Shown: positions 13,391-24,315 of the stretch, in pieces | Layout: each line of letters begins with the position of its first letter | Numbering within the stretch: position 1 is the stretch's first letter | NCBI RefSeq assembly: GCF_006345805.1 | Contig: NC_042997.1 | Span: 19,654,001 to 19,718,000 of the forward strand | Direction of reading: 5' to 3' | Length of the DNA: 64,000 nt | From: Octopus sinensis | Lineage: Eukaryota | Position numbers and translations under genes: made by a program | The notes under the pieces: model-generated | What the model was told of the DNA's origin: nothing | Database searches by the model: none | Seen by the model: only the letters and a program-made list of their open reading frames with translations

Positions 13391-14543
13391 AAATATCTCT
13401 AATATTCCTGTTTCTACATAATTATTTTAGAATAGTTAGGTATTTCCTTATGATATTCATGAAATGAATAATTTTTGGTAAAATAACCTTGAAAAATAGT
13501 TTTCTTTAATGCTATTTTAAATTTGTATCAATGGAAACATTTGAAGTAAATTTTGAATAAAAAAAAATTGTTCATATTGAATTTCAGCTTAACAGAAGTA
13601 TAATTCTGTCTAACTTATAGTTACACTTTTTCTATTACTTGATCACAAAAGAAACTATATATATTTTCCCTTTGGTCAAATGAAATTTTTATGAAGATAA
13701 GTTTCATAATCTACTTCATTTTTGCATGCTTTAATTCTACCCATTTCTTCTATCAATAAATTATGTTCCTTTGGAATATCAAAGCTAAACTATCAGTACA
13801 ATCTACTCTTAATATTTTGTTATTCCCACCTGTCAAAGCTTTGATACAATAAGATAGAAATCCTTTGCAGAGACTATGTTTTTTTTTTTTCAACAGAGAA
13901 ACTAGAGGCAACCAATTTTTTTCATTAGTTATTCTAAATTCTGATAAAGATATTACAAAAGTATAAAAACATGAAAACAAATAAAAAGTAGTAAAGATTA
14001 AAGATTAACAAAAAAATTATCAAAATAAAATATCTTCAGCTTTCTCTTTTCATCTTTTATATATAAAAAAATAATGGATATAAGTGAAAAAGCTATTCAA
14101 AAACCTGTTTCAATGGCTGTCAGAAAACGTCTTTCTGATAGCGAAAATGAAATCAAAATGTCTTCAAGACATACATCCTACATATAATCTATACTTCCGA
14201 AGGCACATTTCTTCATTTACAGATTTCTTAGCTAAGAACTCAAAGATATTCTTTAGAACAAAAATATTCATTTGACAATATACTCAAAGTATAAACAAAA
14301 TAATATTACAAATAATTTTTCTTTTATGCTGTCAAATTAATCAACTTCTGTCTTTTTTTTTCAGTTTTTTTGTACATCGTTTTCAAATAATTGTCATTGA
14401 GTAAAATTAACATACAAGTTTATTCCAGTTTTAGCATTGCTATTGTCATCACAATTGTAATTTTTTAAAAGATAAACATGGATTAATTTAGTCGACAATT
14501 CTGCTTTTCAATTATCTCAACCATCAGTTAATACCTTCTGTAG

Positions 14544-14628
14544 AGCCAAAATGTTGCAAATGGCTGACTGGTTGGCAGTTCTTAAGAAACTTAAATGAAT
14601 TTGTTGCTTCCCCAACTCAGTTCTTCCG
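14544..14628 (+). CDS. Candidate exon (x-PKCCKWLTGWQFLRNLNEFVASPTQFF-R)
   Basis: Acceptor ccttctgtag, donor CCG/gtacag, 85 nt, open in phase 1 to phase 2, non-repetitive and protein-like. Confidence 0.45.
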
Positions 14629-14754
14629 GTACAGTTTGACTAATTGAGATTGTTCAGCTTCTATCATTACAAAGCTGCTTACAAAAAAATTTTAATTATC
14701 CAAATAATAATAAATATTAATTGTAAATGAATAGACGTTAATTTTAAATGAATA

Positions 14755-14915
14755 GGCACAGGAGTGGGTGTGTGGTAAGTAGCTTGCATACCAACCACAT
14801 GGTTCCGGGTTCTGTCCCACTGGGTGGCCCCTTGGGCAAGTGTCTTCTACTATAGCTTCGGGCCAACCAAAGCCTTTTGAGGGAATCTGGTAGACAGAAG
14901 CTGAAAGAAGCCTGT

Positions 14916-14919
<4 letters not shown>
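14755..14919 (+). mobile_element. SINE family B 5' half (tRNA head plus CORE-like segment)
   Basis: ggcacaggagtgggtgtgtggtaagtagcttgc...ggttccgggttctgtcccac...ccttgggcaagtgtcttctactatagc...gaaagaagcctgttgtatata. Confidence 0.92.
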
Positions 14920-14963
<44 letters not shown>

Positions 14964-14967
<4 letters not shown>

Positions 14968-15492
14968 AGGTTACTTTTGAGTGCTACTGGTAACATGTAA
15001 CCCAGTACAACCTGTTGAATGGCCGGGTCGTCGGCGACTAAACCGGCAACCCCACCAAGGTGTTTATTGGACACCTTGCGGGATGAAAAACAAAACCCGT
15101 CAAAGGGCAGAGGAACTCTTGAGAGTCCACAGCCATCCAATAAATGTCTTAAGGCTGTATCATGCAAGGGACATAGAAATAATCAGACTGAATACCTTAT
15201 TGCGCAGTTAAACCATTGGGAGTGAAGGACTCCTAGCCTTTGTTAGGGCATCCTTCTAGGAGAAGGTAACTCTGGTAACTGCGATAACTCCAACATAAAA
15301 CCTGCGGCTCAGTGGTTACCGATGATGTTGACTTGTTCTTCTTTTCAGATTATGGCTGCTGCTACGTAGTGAGGGGGATTGACTCAGTGCACAGCCTTTC
15401 CTCGCTTTAAAAAAAATCTTCTTGCACAGGCATTGCACGATAATAACATTGATTAAGCTTCGTGCAATGGCCATATTCGATAACGAGGGGGC
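14964..15492 (+). mobile_element. RTE-like LINE 5' UTR fragment
   Basis: Contains gggcatccttctaggagaaggtaactctg...aaacctgc, which I recall as an RTE 5' UTR motif. A diverged partial copy is at ~29190-29340. No ORF. Confidence 0.6.
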
Positions 15493-15648
15493 ATATATAT
15501 ATATATATATGGTGGCTGCCATTAAATTAGAGACAAAACCACTATTAGGCAAATCAAACAATGAAAAACTTAAGCCAATACATAAGATTATTTAATTTAT
15601 ATTATTTAAATATATAACAAAATTATTAAAAAAATATAATTAATATCA

Positions 15649-15712
15649 CACTACGATCGTTTCATGCCTGCTAACTTCTTCAAATTTTTGAGTCGCAGTC
15701 ATTCAGCAGGTG
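15649..15712 (-). ncRNA. Minimal type I hammerhead ribozyme motif (mirror copy of 15988-16051)
   Basis: Exact reverse complement of the + strand motif. Confidence 0.65.
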
Positions 15713-15987
15713 GTTTAAATATCTAAAATATAATCAATATTTTTAAGATATAAATAATATATATAATATAATAATTTTACTTATAATAAACTCTATTATT
15801 AAATATGATTATATCGAAATCGACTATAATGTTAAATATTAACTTTAATTTATAAGGTAGAAAATTAACATTATAGTCGATTTCGATATAATCTTATTTA
15901 ATAATAGAGTTTATTATAAGTAAAATTATTATATAATATATATTATTTATATCTTAAAAATATTGATTATATTTTAGATATTTAAAC

Positions 15988-16051
15988 CACCTGCTGAATG
16001 ACTGCGACTCAAAAATTTGAAGAAGTTAGCAGGCATGAAACGATCGTAGTG
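15988..16051 (+). ncRNA. Minimal type I hammerhead ribozyme motif, A6C core variant, PLE-type
   Basis: Stem I cac(15988-90)/gtg(16049-51); core CTGCTGA; stem II atg/cat plus ctgc/gcag; GAAA(16037-40); palindromic stem III cgatcg; predicted GUA cleavage triplet ending at 16048. Confidence 0.65.
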
Positions 16052-16268
16052 TGATATTAATTATATTTTTTTAATAATTTTGTTATATATTTGAATAATA
16101 TAAATTAAATAATCTTATGTATTGGCTTAAGTTTTTCATTGTTTGATTTGCCTAATAGTGGTTTTGTCTCTAATTTAATATAATATAATATTTTACTATA
16201 AAATTGGATTCAATCCTAAATCTGATTTTTCCCTGTAAGTTTGGATTTATTCCCTAATATTTATTATC

Positions 16269-16308
<40 letters not shown>

Positions 16309-16458
16309 GTGTATATATATATATATGTATATATATGTATGTATATATGTGTATATATATATAAAAATTCGGGGTGAGTACTTGATAATTATAAGCACCT
16401 GTGTATACCGTTTGGTGGAGTAAATTGATCAAAATAAAAACATGATGCCAAGGATTCA

Positions 16459-16536
16459 GCGGTACATATGTTTCGGGCCTTTATTAGACAGATTTATAAC
16501 AATGCATAATGTATGTCTGTGGCCTTCTTCAGCCGC
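16459..16536 (-). ncRNA. Minimal type I hammerhead ribozyme motif (mirror copy of 18105-18182)
   Basis: Exact reverse complement of the + strand motif. Confidence 0.7.
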
Positions 16537-18104
16537 GCACAACAGCTTCCACAAGGATATGTGTTACATCAAAAATTCTTGGTTGGGGATGCAAATTCTC
16601 TCATTCGCGTACGACATAATGCGGCAACAGCATAGAATTGAAGCGTCCATCTCTTTCTTCTCTCAATGTAGAATGAGGAAATTTGGATGTTGAAGTAATG
16701 TAAATAAATAAATACATATATAGACGTGAAGATGGAGGGGCGAGAATTCAGGACGAGGGATAAAAAATATATAAAAAGTGTAAGTATAGAAAAATATAAA
16801 AATGTAGAGTATAAAGATATAAAGGGATATAAGGAGATGTAAAGGGGATATAAAGAAATATAAAGAAATATAAATGAATGTAAAGGCATAAGGTTATAAA
16901 GTAAAAATAGAAATAGAAATAAAAGTAAAAAGTAAAAAAATAAAAATAGGAATAAACATGATAAAAATGTAAAAAAATATAAAGATAAGGGATGTATAGA
17001 GGTTACGGACCAAACATGGTGGTCAGGAGATTGATAAAATTTAGTTGTAGAAGTTTTGGGTGTCAATAAATCAACAGGGTCGTCTGGGGACCAAGTGTGT
17101 TGTAAATCAGAGCTGTTGAGCGTTTATTCTAGATCTTTGAATTAATTGGTCATCTTGTACATACATACCATCATGGATGCATACACCTATATACACGCGC
17201 ACATATACGCGCACATATATCTAAACCTGGAAGCGTGGGCATATGTGTATGTGTATGTAAGGATGGACGCACGTATGTACATATGGGTGTGTACACATAT
17301 AATGTCCGTGTATATATGCGGATATTCTGTTGTATGTATGTATATGTACGCGCGTGCGTGTGGGTGTATGTGTGTTTATGTACATGTTTACACGTGAGTG
17401 CGTGTGTATGCTTATAGGCTTGGAGCCGTGTATGCGCGCGTATATGTGCGCGTGTATATGGGTGTATGCATCCATGATGGTATGTATGTACAAGATGACC
17501 AATTAATTCAAAGAACTAGATTAAACGCTCAACAACTCTGATTTACAACACACTTGGTCCCCAGACGACCCTGTTGATTTATTGACACCCAAAACTTCTA
17601 CAACTAAATTTTATCAATCTCCTGACCACCATGTTTGGTCCGTAACCTCTATACATCCCTTATCTTTATATTTTTTTACATTTTTATCATGTTTATTCCT
17701 ATTTTTATTTTTTTACTTTTATTTCTATTTCTATTTTTACTTTATAACCTTATGCCTTTACATTCATTTATATTTCTTTATATTTCTTTATATCCCCTTT
17801 ACATCTCCTTATATCCCTTTATATCTTTATACTCTATATTTTTATATTTTTCTATACTTACACTTTTTATACATTTTTTATCCCTCGTCCTGAATTCTCG
17901 CCCCTCCATCTTCACGTCTATATATGTATTTATTTATTTACATTACTTCAACATCCAAATTTCCTCATTCTACATTGAGAGAAGAAAGAGATGGACGCTT
18001 CAATTCTATGCTGTTGCCGCATTATGTCGTACGCGAATGAGAGGATTTGCATCCCCAATCAAGAATTTTTGATGTAACACATATCCTTGTGGAAGCTGTT
18101 GTGC

Positions 18105-18182
18105 GCGGCTGAAGAAGGCCACAGACATACATTATGCATTGTTATAAATCTGTCTAATAAAGGCCCGAAACATATGTACCGC
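18105..18182 (+). ncRNA. Minimal type I hammerhead ribozyme motif, PLE-type
   Basis: Stem I gcgg/ccgc; core CTGAAGA(18109-15); stem II a.c mismatch then ggcc/ggcc, inner acaga/tctgt; GAAA(18167-70); palindromic stem III catatg; predicted GUA triplet ending at 18178. Confidence 0.72.
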
Positions 18183-18248
18183 TGAATCCTTGGCATCATG
18201 TTTTTATTTTGATCAATGTATATATATATATGTATATATATATATGTA

Positions 18249-19440
18249 TTGCAGTCTTATTGTTACGTCTTGTTTGTGTTCGTACTCATTGTGCCCCGCT
18301 GCTTGAAATTTTATTTTAATTCTCTCGCAGGAAGGCCTATTGGATTAGTGTTCTGTTATGCCTTCGAAACATGCCTGACTCCTCTAGCGACAGCTGATGA
18401 CGGGGGTTTTGTCCTTGTGTAACCTGTCCTGTATTTGGTTTTCGTTTTCCGTTTTCTTGTTTTTTGTTTTTTGGCTTTTTCTGTTTCTACGTCTTATTGT
18501 GATGTCCTGTACTTCCGTATAATTATTTATATATGCATGTATATATACATGTAGATGTAGGTACGTACATATATGTTTGTATGTATGCATATATTTTTAT
18601 TTATCTCCTTATTGTCTGACAGCGCCCCGCATCAGGTTCGTTCCGATTCGTCGTTTCGATCCACTTCTTGGTCCCCTTTTTTATATTAATATTATTATAT
18701 TGAAGATGCGGTACTCTCTCCCTTGCTTTAACCTCCTCAATCTTTCTCCCTCCCCCTCCTCCTCTCTCTTCGCCGCGTGTCCCCTCCTCCTTCCCTCTTC
18801 CTTGCCTATAAAACAAAATTCCTTTACACGTGGTTACCACTATTGAAAAGACTGCCTCCACGCGCTGCTACTACACTTTCGTCCTTGCCAGCAAAAAGGC
18901 TTCTTCGTTCGTCCCCTTGTGTGGTTAATTTCCTGTATAGTATTCTTGTTATTTTCTCGTTTTGTAACTAATTGTACTTTTTGTACATGTTTTTTTTTTT
19001 TGCAGTTTTATTGTTTGTCTATACCAGAAAAAAGGCTTTTTCGTTCGTCCTCTTGTGTTTGTTTTTGTACATGTATTTTAATTTTGCAGTCTTATTGTTA
19101 CGTCTTGTTTGTGTTCGTACTCATTGTGCCCCGCTGCTTGAAATTTTATTTTAATTCTCTCGCAGGAAGGCCTATTGGATTAGTGTTCTGTTATGCCTTC
19201 GAAACATGCCTGACTCCTCTAGCGACAGCTGATGACGGGGGTTTTGTCCTTGTGTAACCTGTCCTGTATTTGGTTTTCGTTTTCCGTTTTCTTGTTTTTT
19301 GTTTTTTGGCTTTTTCTGTTTCTACGTCTTATTGTGATGTCCTGTACTTCCGTATAATTATTATATATGCATGTATATATACATGTAGATGTAGGTACGT
19401 ACATATATGTTTGTATGTATGCATATATTTTTATTTATCT

Positions 19441-19443
<3 letters not shown>
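18249..19443. repeat. LTR-like direct repeat: 361 bp + 474 bp + 360 bp
   Basis: 18249-18609 is identical to 19084-19443 except for a 1-bp indel (period 835 bp). No coding capacity recognised. Confidence 0.95.
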
Positions 19444-19485
<42 letters not shown>

Positions 19486-19486
19486 C

Positions 19487-19541
<55 letters not shown>

Positions 19542-19594
19542 ATATATATATGTATATGTATATATATGTATGTATATATATGTATATGCATGCA

Positions 19595-19790
19595 TGTGTA
19601 TGTGTGTCTGTGTCTGCCCGCCCACGACATCGCTTGACAACCAATACTGATGTGTTTATGTCTCAAAAGAGACCAAGAGAATAAGTACTAGGCTTACAAA
19701 GACTAAATCCTGGGATCGATTTGCTCGACTAAAAGGTGGTGCTCCAGCATGGCCGCAGTCAAATGACTGAAACAAGTAAAAGAAAAAAAG
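19595..19790 (+). mobile_element. SINE family B 3' half
   Basis: gtgtctgtgtctgccc..acatcgcttgacaacc...aataagtactaggcttacaaag...ggtgctccagcatggccgcagtcaaatgactgaaacaagtaaaaga. Matches the reverse complement of 28551-28790. Confidence 0.9.
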
Positions 19791-19829
19791 AAAAAACAGA
19801 ATCAGCTGTTTGATTTTTCATTAGATCTA

Positions 19830-21720
19830 TGCCACGTCACTTGTGGACACTGACTCCAACTAAAGAGCAAATTTCCCTCCAGGCTGTGCAAGGTGATATT
19901 GCACATACCGACTCTGAGATAGTGTCCCACATAAGTTCAGAGACATGTGTCATGGACATATGGCTTGTCCACTAGTCTTGAACATCTCCATAGGGTTATG
20001 AAGATAATTACCGTGAAAGGCTAATCTGTTCAATGAAAACAGTGGCTTTTGGATTATATGTGTCTTTGTTTCATTGTCTGGCCGATGAGCAGTAAAGATC
20101 TATATAGTGACTTGTTTCATATATGATCAGCATAAGAGATGTTGAAAATCTTGTTCAGTAGTTGAGGGTATGTGCTGTCTAGTGATTGCTATTAGGCCAC
20201 TGTAACAGAAAAGCATTAAGAGCTGTAGAGCAAAACAGGTCGTACAGTAGCATGAAACAGGCATATTTTTAGGTCAAGTGGCAGTTGCAGTGCTTTCTAA
20301 ATTTTTCATAGTTTGTTGGGTACTAGCCATGTTATCATTTCGTGACTGTAAACATTTGTGCTTGTAGAGCAAATGTGAGGGCCCAGGTAGCAGAATTTAG
20401 CAATTGACTTAGTGGGCCCAGATGAAAGTGTAAGATCACCAACACAAGTATTTTCACCAATGATTATAGTTTTTGTCTTTGAGCAGTTTGTTGAGAAACT
20501 AAGTTCAATGGTAGTCAGCTCCAGGTTTGTGAGGAGAGCTTGAGCACTTGTGATTGTGTGTGATATAAGTGTAGTGTCATCTGTGTGGTCGAGGTTAATG
20601 AGATACGATGTTTGATGACATCAACCTTAGCTGGGTTGGAGAGTTATAACTAGTTCAGATACCTTAGTCTAAGATTATAATGAAAAGGAAAGGAGTTAAG
20701 GTGTCCTCTTACAGAACTTCTATTGCAAATGTGTCAGGGGTGCATACAAAGCTTTTGCAGTCTGCATAGATAGAGTAGATAGTATTTACAACTTCGTTTA
20801 GACAAAAAGAATCCGAAACATTCGGTCATAGTAGACAAAGTAAAAAGCTTTTGTAAAATCCACAAAGACAGGACACAAAGATGTGTTTCTTTACTGAAAT
20901 GGTTCCAATCAGTCAACAAAGAGTTCGTATATGGAGTATCTTTTGTAAACTCTATTTGGTTTGATCTGAGTAGTGTTTTAATGAGGTTGAGGATGCAGTT
21001 GATTATGATACAGTTGAAGAGTCTGACTGAGCATGACATCACTCTAATGTCATGGTATATGCCATATTCTAATAGATGGATATGGAAGCACTCCATCGGT
21101 TACGACGACGAGGGTTCCGGTTGATCTGAATCAACGGAACAGCCTGCTCATGAAATTAACGTGTAAGTGGCTGAGCACTCCACAGACATGTGTACCCTTA
21201 ACGTACTTCTCGGGGATATTCAGCGTGACACAGAGAGTGACAAGGCCGGCCCTTTGAGATACAGGTACAACAGAAACAGGAAGTAAGAGTGAGAGAAAGT
21301 TGTGGTGAAAGAGTACAGCAGGGATCACCACCATCCCCTGCCGGAGCTTCGTGGAGCTTTAGGTGTTTTTGCTCAATAAACACTCACAACGCCCAGTCTG
21401 GGAATCAAAACCGCGATCCTATGACCGTGGGTCCGCTACCCTAACCACTGGGCCATTGCGCCTCCACATTCTAATAGATATCCTTGTCTTGGCAAGGAAT
21501 GATGCAATTCAGCTTGAATTCTAATGGAGCTTGATAGGTGATGTAAGCAGAATTTAGAATAGGAAGACGTAAAAGAAGTAACTTTGGATTCCAGAGGATT
21601 GCTGGAAGCACACCATCTGCACCACTTGATTTACTAGTATTTAGCTGTTTAGCAGCAATTAATGCTTCATTTAAATTCCCCAGTTGTTTGACTTGAGTGC
21701 TACAATTTAACATCAACCTC
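19830..21720 (-). pseudogene. Decayed RTE-clade LINE ORF2, interrupted by a SINE
   Basis: AAKQLNTSKSSGADGVLPAILW (cf. KQLKASKAFGPDNIPAVIW in the 58-60 kb copy) and EVL*EDTLTPFLFIIILD (cf. GILQGDTLAPFLFIIVVD). Confidence 0.8.
21078..21467 (-). mobile_element. SINE family C, full length with 12-bp TSD
   Basis: Head gtggaggcgcaatggcccagtggttaggg on the minus strand. Flanked by attctaatagat at 21066-21077 and 21468-21479. Confidence 0.93.
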
Positions 21721-22366
21721 TCATAGTTAATTGTAATTTATTGTAAAACAAACAAACAATAGCTCACAATATCAATGAACAGAATTTAGAACATTATTCA
21801 TTTTCGTTAAGAGTTGCATATTATAGTGATTTAAGTTTTATGTTAAGTAGATATCTGACAAAGGGTTTATGCTAGCTAATTTGACTAGTAAGAGTTCAGA
21901 AGATAGATGAAAACCGTGTTCTCATAAGCCATAACAACAAGTATGTAGAGTAATTAGGATATATGATAATTTAGCCAAATGAAAGTAATAACGAAGAGAA
22001 TGCTACTTGTAGTGGTACTATATCATATCAACTCTAATTGATTTGACTTTAGCTAAAAACCATTCCTTCCATGGCCATTGCATCTATCTTTTTAAATATA
22101 GCACCTAGAATTATATTGTCAAATGTGTTCTACCATTTTTTTAAAAGATATTTAGGTATGCTCTGAAAATTTGACTGCTATTTTTTCCTGGAATCTTAGA
22201 AATTATCTCATTAGCTTGCAGGATTTATAAGCTTTGTCTCTTTTTTAATCCCAAGTTAACCTTGATTGAGTAGGGTTAAAGTCAAAAGGCATTTCAATCA
22301 TGACCATTACAACTTTTTGAAAATATAATATATTTTAGACTACACTGGTATGTTGTTTTCCTTCAG

Positions 22367-22519
22367 AAAATAGAATGTTTGAAGGAGATTTGGTGGCAGC
22401 TTCTGGCAAATTGAGCGGTTACATAAAAGCTTCTTTATTGGCGCATGGGGTTTTTGTGTGTTATAGTAAAGTCTATGATGAAACATCAAAGTTGCTTTGT
22501 TCCAAGAAAAAATTAAAAG
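22367..22519 (+). CDS. Best candidate exon (x-NRMFEGDLVAASGKLSGYIKASLLAHGVFVCYSKVYDETSKLLCSKKKLK-G), product unidentified
   Basis: Strong acceptor tgttgttttccttcag, donor AAAG/gtgaaa, 153 nt, phase 1-1, open, with higher GC than the flanks. Confidence 0.6.
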
Positions 22520-22788
22520 GTGAAATGGGTTTAAATTATCGAATTCAATACATGTTTGATTCAAGTCAACTTTCACAGAAATACCAAATGAAATTAAATA
22601 TTTAGTAATAACTTTATATTCTACAGGAATTATAACAATGATAGTAACAAGGAAATAGAAAACTAGACCTTTCATTTAAATTCTTCCTTCCAAAATAGAT
22701 ACTATTTATAAGTACATACTTCCTTGATGTCATGTTGATATATATATGTGTGTGTGTGTATGTATATACATGTATATGTATGTATATA

Positions 22789-22834
<46 letters not shown>

Positions 22835-22858
22835 GGTATATGTATATATATGTATATG

Positions 22859-22893
<35 letters not shown>

Positions 22894-23399
22894 GGAAAAA
22901 AAATCAAGATAGAAAATGCTAAAATAGTTTTATAAAAAACATTTCAGAACCAGTTTCAGTCTTTGTGACTTTTTCAACTGTAGCAATTAAGCAATTGAAT
23001 TTAGAAAAATTAAAAGAAAAGTTTTTTTAAAAGAATATTTGTATTGTGTTCAGATACAAGTGGCATTTTCCTTGTTTCTGCCTATCTCTGTCTCTCTTGT
23101 TTACTCTTGTGGGTTCGAGGTCATTGTGAATTCTTGGTAGGGAAGAAGAAGAAAAGAAGAAGAAGAAAGGAGAGGAGAAGAAAGAGAAGGAGAAGAAGAA
23201 GAAGAAGAGGAAAGAGAAGGGAGAATAAAAAGGAATGTAGGTAGTGTTAAAGTAGTAAGGTGTTAAATGTTTAAATAACTTAAGATTGGCACGTTATGGA
23301 TTATAGCAATGATTGGGACTGTTTTTTAAATGAATTCTTGGGAATCTCTTGATTGTATCCTTTTTAATATTTGCGTGTGTATTTGTGTTATTCTGAGGC

Positions 23400-23890
23400 T
23401 GAGGTGAATATGTCGTTTGTCGTAGACACATTCAGAAGGGGCCTGTATTTTGTAATAAAGAGAGTCTCTTTACTAATTCGTTGGCTCCAGGATGTATCGT
23501 CCCTGAATTGGTAGAGGGAAAAAATCCTGAAGCTTGGAGTTTTGTTATTGGTGCAAATGTCTATGTGTTGGCTGAATGCTATTTTTCTGTTTTGGGGAAT
23601 TTTTATCTGGGATCTGTGCAGGGCCATTCTTGTACATAGACTGATTTTTGTTTGGCCTATGCAATGCAATGCTCTTGACACCCAGAGCGAATTAGTGTGT
23701 ATATCAGGTTCTCTGAAGCACATGTGAAGTTGCTTTTCACTGTGAAACGTTGTCCCTGTTTGAAGGAGAACTCTGATCCCTCAATTAGATAATCGCATAT
23801 CCCACAATTGGGTCTTCCACATTTTTTTACTGATGGCTTCTGTGTTGTTGAGCATATTCGGGCTTGTGTTAGGAGACTTTTCATAGATTT
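23400..23890 (-). pseudogene. Penelope-like element GIY-YIG endonuclease relic
   Basis: KCGRPNCGICDYLIEG...FTCASENLIYTLIRSGC, then after a frameshift CIGQTKISLCTRMALHRSQIK...RISKETLFITKYRPLLN. Confidence 0.88.
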
Positions 23891-24190
23891 GGGCTGTCTC
23901 TTGCTTTTTATGAGCAGCCTGAGCATCATGAGCAAGATCCTCCCACCAGGTGTTCTGCATCTTCCTGAGAGATTGCTGCAGTAGTGATTTTACACTGCTA
24001 TAGTGGGCAAGTGCTATATTTTGCTGCACAACTGAACATCCTCTGTACAGTAATACACTGTTGGAATGATGCTTTACAACCATAAGTCACTGAACTTCAG
24101 CATCATTTTCATCAAACCAGTCCCTGTGTCTGGCAGTAGTATATCCCAGTGTTTCAGCAGCACATTGAAAAGCCTGGTTTCAAAAATCTT
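23890..24190 (-). pseudogene. RTE LINE ORF2 fragment
   Basis: LQQSLRKMQNTWWEDLAHDAQAA resembles the RTE linker motif LR.M.N.WW..KA.E.Q. Confidence 0.55.
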
Positions 24191-24282
24191 CCCATGCCAT
24201 AGTATTTTCGATACTAGATAAACATACAAACATACATACATACACACACACACATAAATACATACATACATACATACATACA

Positions 24283-24315
<33 letters not shown>

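Larger units (their letters stand above)
15521..16179. repeat. Foldback 1: 315-bp inverted arms with 29-bp spacer
   Basis: 15521-15835 is the reverse complement of 15865-16179. I counted 2 mismatches. Confidence 0.97.
16424..18217. repeat. Foldback 2: ~785-bp inverted arms with ~220-bp spacer
   Basis: 16424-17212 is the reverse complement of 17436-18217. By eye there are about 8 substitutions plus a 7-bp indel (tactttt) in an internal AT-rich degenerate tandem repeat. Confidence 0.97.

Noticed and set aside
16569-18072. Mirror-image 165/145/103-aa Phe/Leu/Tyr-rich ORFs
   Set aside because: Products of AT-rich low-complexity sequence duplicated by the foldback. No recognisable domain.
18625-18670. 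Minus-strand GAAA-cga-cgaa-tcg...CTGATGC hammerhead-like arrangement
   Set aside because: No UH triplet, no stem I, and the core ends in C rather than A.
18860-18910. Minus-strand cgaagaagcc...gacGAAAgtgtagTA motif
   Set aside because: Core lacks U4, stem III is unpaired and there is no stem I. At best a decayed relic.
18249-19443. Direct repeat considered as a CRISPR array or a true LTR retrotransposon
   Set aside because: Two long repeats rather than short repeat-spacer units. No TG..CA ends, PBS/PPT or gag/pol recognised.
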